Shown: piece after piece, positions 29,560-38,356 of the stretch
Layout: every line of letters begins with the position of its first letter
How positions within the stretch are numbered: position 1 is the first letter of the stretch
Source of the DNA: a virus
Reading direction: 5' to 3' (one strand)
DNA: 64,000 bases
IMG/VR virus record: IMGVR_UViG_3300030109_006161
Coordinates: 32,001-96,000 of that record
Notes under the pieces: model-generated
Told to the model about the DNA's origin: nothing
The model's input: only the letters and a program-made list of their open reading frames with translations
Database searches by the model: none
Position numbers and translations under genes: made by a program

Positions 29560-32500
29560 TTATCTCCGTCTTTGACGTTTTGCTTTTCTAACTTTTGGTT
29601 TCTCTCTTTTAGGTTTATTTCTTACCTTAACTGTGCCACCAAAAGGACCAGCATATCCAGCCACCGCACCAGCACTCATAGCAGACATTTCATCTAATGT
29701 GTTATCAATCAATGAGTTTAGTCTTTCGGTTTGTGGAATTACAGAATTCCAAATAGCATTTCCATCTACACCCGGCGGCATATATGCTAAAAATGTTTCT
29801 TTATCTCTCTCAGCAATTGCTTTTCTAAGATCACGAGCACTGTAAACAAGACCTTCTTTAGATTGCACTGGATCCTCAACGATGTCCTCTACATTTACAC
29901 CGGGGTTATGACGCTCAGCATACGATTGCGCTCGGTCAAAGCGGGTATCACCTACATCCTTACTGCTCTTCACTAAAAGAACTGTATCTCCGTCAGTAGC
30001 AGACTCAGGATCAGCAACAAACTCGTAGACTGCCTGGACTGGACTGCGATAGTCTGCAATTTTTGCAGTAATGTTTGGTTCACCATTTTCAAGGTACTCT
30101 TCCCAGATACGCAACGACTGTTCATTACTTACTTCTGGGTAATCAACGGGAGAAATTAAAACAATCACCTCATCCACATCAGGGCGCTTAGCAATCTTAT
30201 TCACATAATCAAAGTGACCACGATGTGGTGGTTTAAACTTACCAGGGAATAGAGCTATGCGCTTACCTTCTTTTTCAGTAATGACCTGAGTATCATTATT
30301 TAGTGATTCGTTTCTTTGCCCTGGGGATTGGTTTACTGCCTTGGTTAATTCATTTGCGATGACCGTGGTATTTCGGAGGGCTTTTTCACCAGCATTTATA
30401 GCTTTACTGCGATTTTCGTATGTGAAGTAATTACTAATATCCTCAGACAATTGTTGGGTTGCTTCAAAAACATTGTCGATAGATGTCGATAAATTGTCCA
30501 TGTATGTTTCGGCAATTTTAACAATACTGTCAGTATTCACGGGCAGTGTAGCCAAGACTTTATAATCGGCTTGTGCTCCACCAATTTTACCCAGAGTCGA
30601 TACAGTTATAGACCATTGGGCTCCGCCGTCGCCTTTATTCTTGGATTCAGTCAATAAAGAGTTGAATCTATTCCAAATTTTTCTATTTCGCTCAACTGTC
30701 AGATACTTCAAACCCTCTTCTGCTACTTGTGGATCTTCTTGGTCTACTTCGGCAGCAACTTGAGCCAATTTATCTCTTCGAACCGCATCATAGCCATTTG
30801 TATTTCTTAGGATCGTATATTGTTCTTCCCAATTAGCAGCTTTTCTGTATAGGTCGTAAGTATTCTTTGTTCCTTTTCTGTCAATACCAAAGACTCGCTT
30901 TGACACCTTGGCATCTGTACCCTGGGTAAGAAGATCAAAAATATTATCCCTTGTGATAACAAATTGTTCAATTTTTATTTCTTCGCCCAGTTTCCAGCCT
31001 ACAATATAAACAACCTCACCATATTCATTTAAAGCGTCAACCAAGTTTGTAAAACTACCATGAATTACGCCCGCCTTACCGGCCTTACCGTCTTTGGTCT
31101 TTTGCTTTCGTTTATCGCTAAGTAGCTTTAGACTAATTGGAACTCCTGTATGTCCTTCTAAGGTACTAAAAGCCATCATATCTTCGATAGGTAAATTACC
31201 TTTGTCAGTTATTTCTTTAGCTTGTTGTCCGGACAACATGGCAGACAGAAAACCCTCAAATACAAACCCAGCAGAGGATGATGTAAAGTTTTCGATAACC
31301 GCAGTTAAAGATTCAAGAATAATCAGGGTGCTAATCATTCTCTGAGGGGAGGTCATCTTATTATCAAGCTTAATTCTGTTTCTTAGATCTTCAAACCTTT
31401 TTTCAACACTAGCCCCTCCTGAAATTGTTGCAAAGATCTTCTCAACCTGAGACCTTTCCATAGATCCAGGATCCCCCCAAGCTTCTGATGGTGCAAACTT
31501 TGGCAAAGATAGAACAAACTTTCTAGCTCGATCAGACTTAATATTACTTTCTTTCTCTGTTATGATTGGTCTATCAACAACTAGAGATTCTTTTGTACTT
31601 CTTTTTAGATTCCCGTAACGGAACATCCCAAGTATCTGATTCATTGGGGCATAGTTCCCTGCAAATTTATAGGTATGTCCATCATAATCAAAGACCACCG
31701 CCTCGACTGGGGTAGTGATATTTGTAAAGTCTTTTATCTTATTAAGGTGCTGTTGCATAATTGCCATTGCCTCAGGATTTTCAGCACCTACTGAAGTTAT
31801 GTCTTTTACAGCTTCTGCTAATTCAGCTTTTAGACGTGCGACCTCTTTGTCATTGTCCGCAATGAAAATACTCTTCAATCCTTTTAGCAGTTCTACAGTA
31901 AAATCATGAACTATTGTCTCAAGTGGTTCAATTGCTTGTTTTAACAACATTTTTTGAGCTTTGATAATCTGCGTAAGGTCTTGTAAATCCTGATTGTTTA
32001 AGCCCTTTTTCAAGGCTTTTAGTCCAATATTCTTTGGCAATTTCAGGATATAAAAAATAATCTCATCTTTTAGATTTTTAGGTAAATCAGTATCAATACC
32101 ATTTGACAACCTTCTGACCATATAATCTAAGATGGTTGAGTTATCTTTCAATCCTTCTGATTTCATTTCACTATCAATACCACCAATTGCTTTTTCTAAA
32201 GCGGTATCATCTTCTAGTTTCTGTAATTCTATTTTAGCTTGTCTGGCTAGATTGAAATCATCACCATGAAGTCTTTTTTTCATCCGATCGAAAGCATTAT
32301 CTAGAGTTTCCAGGGTTCCTTCTGGTATGGGTTGCTTCTCCCCAGTTTCTCTGTCGAAGACAAAATGACCTACATCATGAATTTTTAAAGTCTTATCATC
32401 ATATAGGATAACATTCTTAGACCCTGGGTCCATTACTTCTGCGTTATACCAAATATTGGCATTTGGTCCAAATATTCTTTCCTTTTCTTGATCTGATAAT

Positions 32501-32805
32501 GCTTCAACAGCTTTTTCAAAAGTAGAGAAACCACCAGTAAAAGCTTCAGTCAAGCCACCTCGTCCAGCAAATTTCTGAGCTAGTCCTGCACCATCTAATC
32601 CGCCGGATCTTAGATTACCTTTATTCCTGGCTCCTTTGGCTTTCCCTTCGGGAATAGAATAAGATAGAAAAAGGTTCTGTCCGTCTACTTTTTCTTCTGC
32701 GGTAAGTTCGCCGCTTGAAGCAGCATTTAGGATCTCTTTTATTTTACCAAAGGTTAATTCTCTATTCTCATAGAGATGATCCATATGACCTGCAACACCA
32801 CCCAT
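29560..32805 (-). CDS. Multidomain phage protein with C-terminal cytidylyltransferase-like (HxGH) domain
   Basis: N-terminal GHMDHL...EKVDG domain; C-terminal FPGKFKPPHRGH and SARDLR. Confidence 0.75.
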   Translation of the reverse strand: MGGVAGHMDHLYENRELTFGKIKEILNAASSGELTAEEKVDGQNLFLSYSIPEGKAKGARNKGNLRSGGLDGAGLAQKFAGRGGLTEAFTGGFSTFEKAVEALSDQEKERIFGPNANIWYNAEVMDPGSKNVILYDDKTLKIHDVGHFVFDRETGEKQPIPEGTLETLDNAFDRMKKRLHGDDFNLARQAKIELQKLEDDTALEKAIGGIDSEMKSEGLKDNSTILDYMVRRLSNGIDTDLPKNLKDEIIFYILKLPKNIGLKALKKGLNNQDLQDLTQIIKAQKMLLKQAIEPLETIVHDFTVELLKGLKSIFIADNDKEVARLKAELAEAVKDITSVGAENPEAMAIMQQHLNKIKDFTNITTPVEAVVFDYDGHTYKFAGNYAPMNQILGMFRYGNLKRSTKESLVVDRPIITEKESNIKSDRARKFVLSLPKFAPSEAWGDPGSMERSQVEKIFATISGGASVEKRFEDLRNRIKLDNKMTSPQRMISTLIILESLTAVIENFTSSSAGFVFEGFLSAMLSGQQAKEITDKGNLPIEDMMAFSTLEGHTGVPISLKLLSDKRKQKTKDGKAGKAGVIHGSFTNLVDALNEYGEVVYIVGWKLGEEIKIEQFVITRDNIFDLLTQGTDAKVSKRVFGIDRKGTKNTYDLYRKAANWEEQYTILRNTNGYDAVRRDKLAQVAAEVDQEDPQVAEEGLKYLTVERNRKIWNRFNSLLTESKNKGDGGAQWSITVSTLGKIGGAQADYKVLATLPVNTDSIVKIAETYMDNLSTSIDNVFEATQQLSEDISNYFTYENRSKAINAGEKALRNTTVIANELTKAVNQSPGQRNESLNNDTQVITEKEGKRIALFPGKFKPPHRGHFDYVNKIAKRPDVDEVIVLISPVDYPEVSNEQSLRIWEEYLENGEPNITAKIADYRSPVQAVYEFVADPESATDGDTVLLVKSSKDVGDTRFDRAQSYAERHNPGVNVEDIVEDPVQSKEGLVYSARDLRKAIAERDKETFLAYMPPGVDGNAIWNSVIPQTERLNSLIDNTLDEMSAMSAGAVAGYAGPFGGTVKVRNKPKREKPKVRKAKRQRRR

Positions 32806-33044
32806 TACTTATCCTCGGTGATTACTTTTAACTCTTCTTCTAAAGCATTTACACGCTCGTTTAGAGATCTCATTTGACGCTTGATTGATCTAATGTGCTC
32901 CTTTGCAATTTGGAGCCGACCGGTGTCTCTTTTGTTCGTAACTCTAATATTAGATACGATATCATACAGGGCTTGGATAGAAGCTCCTGCATCAACTCTA
33001 ATATCTTCATTTAGAAGTAATTTTTTAGTTATCTTTTTTAGCAC
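32805..33044 (-). CDS. Hypothetical coiled-coil protein
   Basis: Coupled to the downstream gene (TAATG); start uncertain, GTG 33044 preferred because the longer form overlaps the basic ORF. Confidence 0.5.
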   Translation of the reverse strand: MLKKITKKLLLNEDIRVDAGASIQALYDIVSNIRVTNKRDTGRLQIAKEHIRSIKRQMRSLNERVNALEEELKVITEDK

Positions 33045-33201
33045 TTGGTTTCTTAGCTTTCGGTGCGGCTTTTGCAGCAGGTTTCTTAGCTGGCTTTGCT
33101 TCAACTACTTTTTCTTCTTGCACTTCTACTTGTGGGGCTGCTTGTTTTCTTTTTGCTATAGCAGCTAATTTGCGTGCTCTTCTTAATCTTGGGCTTGCCA
33201 T
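33025..33201 (-). CDS. Small K/A/P-rich basic protein (histone H1-like composition)
   Basis: Not in the ORF track (58 aa): MASPRLRRARKLAAIAKRKQAAPQVEVQEEKVVEAKPAKKPAAKAAPKAKKPSAKKDN; GGAGG SD. Confidence 0.75.
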   Translation of the reverse strand: MASPRLRRARKLAAIAKRKQAAPQVEVQEEKVVEAKPAKKPAAKAAPKAKKPSAKKDN

Positions 33202-33263
33202 GATATATCCTCCATATAGTTCAAAAGAACATAATAAATAGTTTGTATCTGAGTGTTTGACCT

Positions 33264-33560
33264 CTAAATAGGATCTAATCTTAGAACACTTCCCGTAATA
33301 CTTAGAACAAATGCTTTCGAGGCCCCTGTGGTATCAGTGCCCTGAAGTTTGAATTGGTTTGCTGTACCAGACAGATGAAGACCATTTGGTTTCATTATAG
33401 AACCATCAAATGTTAGGTTACCAACCTGAGTTAAAGTATTAGTAGGTATATCGCCAAGGACATCTATTTTTGCAAGTTTAGAATCATCAATCCTTGTCTT
33501 TACTTTTTCGGTAGCATGAATATGCGGATCAATGTGACCCAAAAATCTTCTTCTAGCCAT
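33264..33560 (-). CDS. Hypothetical, probably virion protein
   Basis: G/S/T-rich beta composition; C-terminus resembles that of the 38357 fibre. Confidence 0.55.
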   Translation of the reverse strand: MARRRFLGHIDPHIHATEKVKTRIDDSKLAKIDVLGDIPTNTLTQVGNLTFDGSIMKPNGLHLSGTANQFKLQGTDTTGASKAFVLSITGSVLRLDPI

Positions 33561-34030
33561 TATCCTTCAGATCCGTCATAGCCAAACGATGTATTACTTG
33601 GATCGTTTAGATAGTGCCTCATTACAAAACCAGAAGCATGTAAACCATCTCCTTCACCCGCTACCTCTTCCCTATCAGACCATGCACTCAATATCATTCC
33701 ATTATTGTGAGGTATACCAGGGTAAACCTGTATCAAGCCTGTTCCATGAGATATTGCTACTTTGATAGTTTTTGTTTCTAAAACACTTCCTATTCCTAGA
33801 TATAAATTTATTGATGCAGAATGATAATTGTTGCAATATAAATAAATCTCATCTAAGGCACCAAGATCACACGTATGTATTGTTACTGCATTTGCAGACC
33901 CAGATGGTATTGAAATAGGATCGTTCGTAGAACCTGCCCCAGATAATTTATATCTTGCATGACTTACAGGAGATCCAGTCCAAGATAGTCCTAGTGTAGG
34001 TGGTTCACTTGTTTTGTTGGAAAATCCCAT
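33560..34030 (-). CDS. Hypothetical, probably virion protein
   Basis: 156-aa ORF, G/S-rich, coupled to the next gene. Confidence 0.55.
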   Translation of the reverse strand: MGFSNKTSEPPTLGLSWTGSPVSHARYKLSGAGSTNDPISIPSGSANAVTIHTCDLGALDEIYLYCNNYHSASINLYLGIGSVLETKTIKVAISHGTGLIQVYPGIPHNNGMILSAWSDREEVAGEGDGLHASGFVMRHYLNDPSNTSFGYDGSEG

Positions 34031-34068
34031 TTTTTATACCCTCACAATAGTATAAATATTCAACAAAT

Positions 34069-34248
34069 TTAGATTTTGTCATCACCAAACATGTTAGTTA
34101 CTAAAATACCACGTTTTTTTTCTTCATTGTTGTTTTGTGAAACCACAATCTCAGGCATTACCGGCAACTCTAATTCCAATTGGTATTGAGGTGTTATTTT
34201 TTCTCTTTTCACAATGACAACAAATTTAGTTTTGCTAATCGAGGACAT
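34069..34248 (-). CDS. Hypothetical protein (59 aa)
   Basis: Manual ORF MSSISKTKFVV... with AGGAG SD. Confidence 0.55.
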   Translation of the reverse strand: MSSISKTKFVVIVKREKITPQYQLELELPVMPEIVVSQNNNEEKKRGILVTNMFGDDKI

Positions 34249-34271
34249 CTTATCTCCTAAGGTATAATGTA

Positions 34272-35192
34272 TTATTTACCTAAAGACTTAACGGTTGGAA
34301 TATGAAAATATTCGTCTAATTTGTGATTTAATCTGTCTAGTTTTTCAGTCGTTGTAGTTGAGGTGGCATCACCACCTTTATTTAGTGACCCCCAGACTTC
34401 CATCTCTGCTTTAGCAATTGATTTCTTTAAGAAAATCTTTATAGCTACCAAGGGTGAAGCAACTCCAATATTCTCCATTGATCTGTATCCTGCAAAAATA
34501 ATACCGACCAGTTCGTTGTTTATATTTATTATTGGAGACCCACTGCTTCCAGGTTTTGTTGGTATAGTATACATCGCATACCCTTCTGGGGAATATCCAG
34601 AAAAGTAACCATCAAAAGTAAGAACCATTTGAGGAGATACAATACCGTGTGGTGCTGCCATATTGTAACAAAGTTCTCCACGCTTTGGCTCACTAGCAGA
34701 AACTCTAAGTACCGGGGGTTTTATAAAAACATTATCTACTGAGAGTAGACATGTATCAAACCTCTTATCGATAGAAACAACCTTTGCCCTGTGCTTCAAG
34801 CCACTATAATCAACGACTGTAAATCTCTGACCTAAGTGAGTTATCTTAACTCCGGACACCACGGCTTGTGGTTTGAATGTGCTCTTGCACGAGTGTCCGG
34901 CTGTTAGAACATAACTAATGCTACTGTCAACTTCACTATGAGCCACATAAGAACCAGAAGATACTGCTCTCATAACAGCTTTTTTACACTTTTCTTTCTT
35001 TGTCTTTTCATCAAGTTCACAACCTTCCCATAAGGTTTCGGTTCTAATCTGGACAAAAGATTTGACAGGAAAATTGTGCCTTACCGGCTTAATCTTGGGA
35101 GATGAAGCACACGCTCCAGCACAACTAGCAACCGTAATATACAACAGGGTGATTATACACACTCGGGGTAGGTCGGTAAATATACGCATCAT
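34272..35192 (-). CDS. Trypsin-like (S1) serine protease with signal/lipoprotein N-terminus
   Basis: LTAGHSC, FDTCLL, PGSSGSP catalytic triad. Confidence 0.9.
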   Translation of the reverse strand: MMRIFTDLPRVCIITLLYITVASCAGACASSPKIKPVRHNFPVKSFVQIRTETLWEGCELDEKTKKEKCKKAVMRAVSSGSYVAHSEVDSSISYVLTAGHSCKSTFKPQAVVSGVKITHLGQRFTVVDYSGLKHRAKVVSIDKRFDTCLLSVDNVFIKPPVLRVSASEPKRGELCYNMAAPHGIVSPQMVLTFDGYFSGYSPEGYAMYTIPTKPGSSGSPIININNELVGIIFAGYRSMENIGVASPLVAIKIFLKKSIAKAEMEVWGSLNKGGDATSTTTTEKLDRLNHKLDEYFHIPTVKSLGK

Positions 35193-35290
35193 AAAATAAC
35201 TATCTTAGAATAAGAACTTAAAGAAAATTTTCTGCCTATGTAGTGTGTAGGAAAGCCACAGTTTGTACCTACAAAGGAAGGAAAAAGAAC

Positions 35291-35587
35291 ATGTTATCAG
35301 CCCCAAGAAGTTTACTATCTCTAACTACACTATTTGTATTATTCCTCAGTTCTGTCTCAAGTGCTACAGAGAACGAGAGTAGAATAATACCTCTTGAACC
35401 TGTCTGGGAAATGGTTGATGGAGAGTGGAAGTTTAAGGAATCTAAGACAATTGAAAAAGAGATTCTCATACACATAACATCCTCTAGAAAAAATATTCAA
35501 AATAAAAACCTACTTATTAAAGAACTTGTAAAACTTCCTTTTGTGGTTATTGTAGAAAAGAGTGACCTGGAGGTTGTGACAAAATAA
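35291..35587 (+). CDS. Hypothetical secreted protein
   Basis: Signal-peptide-like N-terminus; first gene of a plus-strand block. Confidence 0.55.
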   Translation: MLSAPRSLLSLTTLFVLFLSSVSSATENESRIIPLEPVWEMVDGEWKFKESKTIEKEILIHITSSRKNIQNKNLLIKELVKLPFVVIVEKSDLEVVTK

Positions 35588-35597
35588 AAGGAGCAAT

Positions 35598-36068
35598 ATG
35601 AAATTATATACAAAGTCTAGAGCGCTCCTTGTATTTGTTTTATTTTTGGTGATAGGGTTATCTTCTTACCTTATTTATAAAAACACCCAGCCACAAATTC
35701 TACTAGCTAAGAATAACACCTATTATCTCCCAGGGCAAAAAAACAATTGCCTATGGATAATGCAAATCAATAGTAACGTTAGAGATTCTCTAGGTTCAAG
35801 TTCAGAAATAAAGATAGGTATCCCCCAAGCACAAAAAATGGGATATCTCGCTGGTAGGATTGAAGTCAGCAAAGATAAGACTCTTATACTAGCGTTTAAT
35901 GCACCACAGTCTAATGGAAGTCAGCCGCCAATAGTTATGACTGCTGATTATTATCACAAAAAGTTACCCATAGAAAACATAAGGTTCAGATGGACTCAAA
36001 GTAGTTTAGTTACAGTCGTTCTTTATAAGAATAGAAACAAATGCTTAGCATCAATGGTGCCGAAATGA
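35598..36068 (+). CDS. Hypothetical membrane-anchored protein
   Basis: AAGGAG SD; N-terminal transmembrane segment. Confidence 0.65.
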   Translation: MKLYTKSRALLVFVLFLVIGLSSYLIYKNTQPQILLAKNNTYYLPGQKNNCLWIMQINSNVRDSLGSSSEIKIGIPQAQKMGYLAGRIEVSKDKTLILAFNAPQSNGSQPPIVMTADYYHKKLPIENIRFRWTQSSLVTVVLYKNRNKCLASMVPK

Positions 36069-37345
36069 AAGATAAGTACGTTCGTTTTATTGTTTTTGTT
36101 TCTTATATTTTATTAGTTTGGCTTGTTCTTGGGTGCGAAGAAGATAGACTCGTTAAACTTGAGTGCATCCCTGGTGAAAAACTTGTGTGCGACGAGAACG
36201 GGCAGGATTTTCCTGCGGCTGATCCTATTGATATCGCACAACGAGCAGGTCAGTGTTCTTACGGTTTAAAAACCTGTACAACAAGTGGTTGGTCTGAATG
36301 TTTAGGAGCACGGGGACCAGCCGAGGAAATTTGTGATGGCATAGATAATGATTGTGATGCAGCTATAGATGAAACGTACCCAGAAATGCATCAGCTTTGC
36401 GGGTTTGAAGAAGATGCTGATTATGGGGTTGGTATCTGTACGCCTGGTGTTATGAAATGCGACAATGGAGGTCTGTATTGTGATGGGCATATTGGACCGA
36501 CCGAAGAAATATGTGATGGGGTTGACAACAATTGCAATGGAACTGTTGATGAAAATATTCCTAATTCAACAGCAGTTGTTTGTTATGAAGGACCAGATGG
36601 AACTTTAGGTATTGGAGAATGTCGAGCAGGAGTCAGATATTGCACTGACGGTAACTTTGGTGGACCTTGTGATAATCAAACTTTACCAATTTTAGAAAGA
36701 TGTGACGACCTAGACAACGATTGTGATGGTGAAGTGGATGAAGGTTTTGATAATCGTGGTGTAGATTTAGTTTTTGTTCTCGATATATCCGGATCCTTTA
36801 GGGATGAGATAGACTCAATGATTCAAGGCATAGCTCCCCTTTTAGACGACCCGATAACGAGCACATTTCGCTTTGGACTTGTTGTTGTAGGTGCTAGGGG
36901 CGGTGACGATCTAAGACCACCATATTACCTCGCAAGAATGGTTTCTGATTTTGTATATGCTGATGAATTTCTTGCCGTGATAGAAGCCGGTAGAATGATT
37001 GATAGTGCAGGACAAGAACCAACAATAGATACAATGTTTTGGTCAATGAATACATATCCGTTCTCATGGCGACCAGAAGCACAAAAAGTTATTATAACAA
37101 TGACTGATGAAGAAGCTCAGACAATGAACGAGCGCCCTATGTCTTGCGTCGAGGTGGGTGAAATATCAAATACTTTAGGTTTTGAACTATTCGTGTTTGC
37201 CCTCGAACAACATCATAATACATTTATAAATTGTGTAAGAGGTGAAAGAGATAGACTTTACACTCCGACTGCAAATTCTGAAACTGTATTCTTACAAATT
37301 AGAGCTATTTTTGAAGATCTTTGTATTGGTCAGGGCGCTCCATAG
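36065..37345 (+). CDS. Lipoprotein with Cys-rich EICDGxDNDCDG repeats and a vWA domain
   Basis: LVLGC lipobox; three EICDG.DN.C.G-type repeats; DISGS MIDAS motif and MTDE. Confidence 0.85.
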   Translation: MKDKYVRFIVFVSYILLVWLVLGCEEDRLVKLECIPGEKLVCDENGQDFPAADPIDIAQRAGQCSYGLKTCTTSGWSECLGARGPAEEICDGIDNDCDAAIDETYPEMHQLCGFEEDADYGVGICTPGVMKCDNGGLYCDGHIGPTEEICDGVDNNCNGTVDENIPNSTAVVCYEGPDGTLGIGECRAGVRYCTDGNFGGPCDNQTLPILERCDDLDNDCDGEVDEGFDNRGVDLVFVLDISGSFRDEIDSMIQGIAPLLDDPITSTFRFGLVVVGARGGDDLRPPYYLARMVSDFVYADEFLAVIEAGRMIDSAGQEPTIDTMFWSMNTYPFSWRPEAQKVIITMTDEEAQTMNERPMSCVEVGEISNTLGFELFVFALEQHHNTFINCVRGERDRLYTPTANSETVFLQIRAIFEDLCIGQGAP

Positions 37346-37435
37346 AGTGCCAAACACCATCAGGCGTCATATAAGCACCATATTTCCCTACTTCTGCTAG
37401 TATTATATCCTCGTCTTGAGCCTGACGAGGACCTT

Positions 37436-37711
37436 CTACTTTTTTTCAGGCTCATCCTCAAGTTCTGGTATTTGATTCACAACACTGTGTATTTGCTTGA
37501 GTTCTTTGACTGAATCATGCATGTGATTGATCAACCTGTTTATGGAGGTAAGTATTTCTTTATTATCACCAGTAGCTAAAGACTCTTGAAGTTTTTGGTT
37601 ACATGTTCCAAACTTGTTAGTAAATCGACCAATAGATCGAGAGGTAAGAATTGTAGCTACTGAGCGGATATCCTCTTCAGGTAGTGTAAAAGATACTTTC
37701 TTGTTTTTCAT
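37436..37711 (-). CDS. Hypothetical protein
   Basis: 91-aa ORF, ATGA-coupled to the J-domain gene. Confidence 0.55.
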   Translation of the reverse strand: MKNKKVSFTLPEEDIRSVATILTSRSIGRFTNKFGTCNQKLQESLATGDNKEILTSINRLINHMHDSVKELKQIHSVVNQIPELEDEPEKK

Positions 37712-38286
37712 TGTAAACTCCTGACATGATTTAGAATAACTTGGACTACTTGATCTTTCTCTTCATCATTTTCAGCTAGATAAAAAGCCCAAGCTGTAGT
37801 TGTTTTCTTATTAACTATTTCGCTTTCAATAGAATTGATATTATTTTCTAATAATAATATGGACTCTAGCGATAGTTCTATTAACTCTATATTGAGAGTC
37901 CCTGCTAAGTTCAGCAAAGTAGCTATATCATCTTCTTCATAGGCTAGCGAAGCTTCGGAAAATAAGCCTGAGTATGAGTTATCCCCTGTTTTATCAGGAT
38001 GTGTTTTTTCGGCTATCTTTCTGTATAATAATCTTATGTCTTTGTTTTTTTTAGTTTTTTGTTTTATTTCCCTTTCTTCGCTTAGATCCTCTTCTATAAT
38101 CTTAGGTGGTGGGGAATCCACTATCTCTACTTTGGGAAACATATGTTTGTAATCATCTGGATAGTGTTTTTCGATATATGCTCTTATTTCTTTTTCTTGT
38201 ATTAGACAAATTTCGTCAACTTCTTCTTTTTCAAGCAGAAGATAAGAATATTGTAAAGTTAGTTTCTTTATTTTGATGGAAGACAT
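37708..38286 (-). CDS. J-domain (DnaJ-like) co-chaperone
   Basis: LYRKIAEKTHPDK...F..ASLAYE; start moved downstream of the terminator. Confidence 0.8.
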   Translation of the reverse strand: MSSIKIKKLTLQYSYLLLEKEEVDEICLIQEKEIRAYIEKHYPDDYKHMFPKVEIVDSPPPKIIEEDLSEEREIKQKTKKNKDIRLLYRKIAEKTHPDKTGDNSYSGLFSEASLAYEEDDIATLLNLAGTLNIELIELSLESILLLENNINSIESEIVNKKTTTAWAFYLAENDEEKDQVVQVILNHVRSLQ

Positions 38287-38302
38287 AATAATATAGATAG
38301 GT

Positions 38303-38332
38303 AAAAGGACGGGGGACCGAAGCCCCCCGCCC
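38303..38332 (-). terminator. Rho-independent terminator
   Basis: GC-rich stem with TTCG loop followed by CTTTT. Confidence 0.85.
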
Positions 38333-38356
38333 ATAAAACCTACTTAGAACTAAACT

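Noticed and set aside
30265-31566. Intein in the 1081-aa protein
   Set aside because: No splice-junction residues or LAGLIDADG blocks
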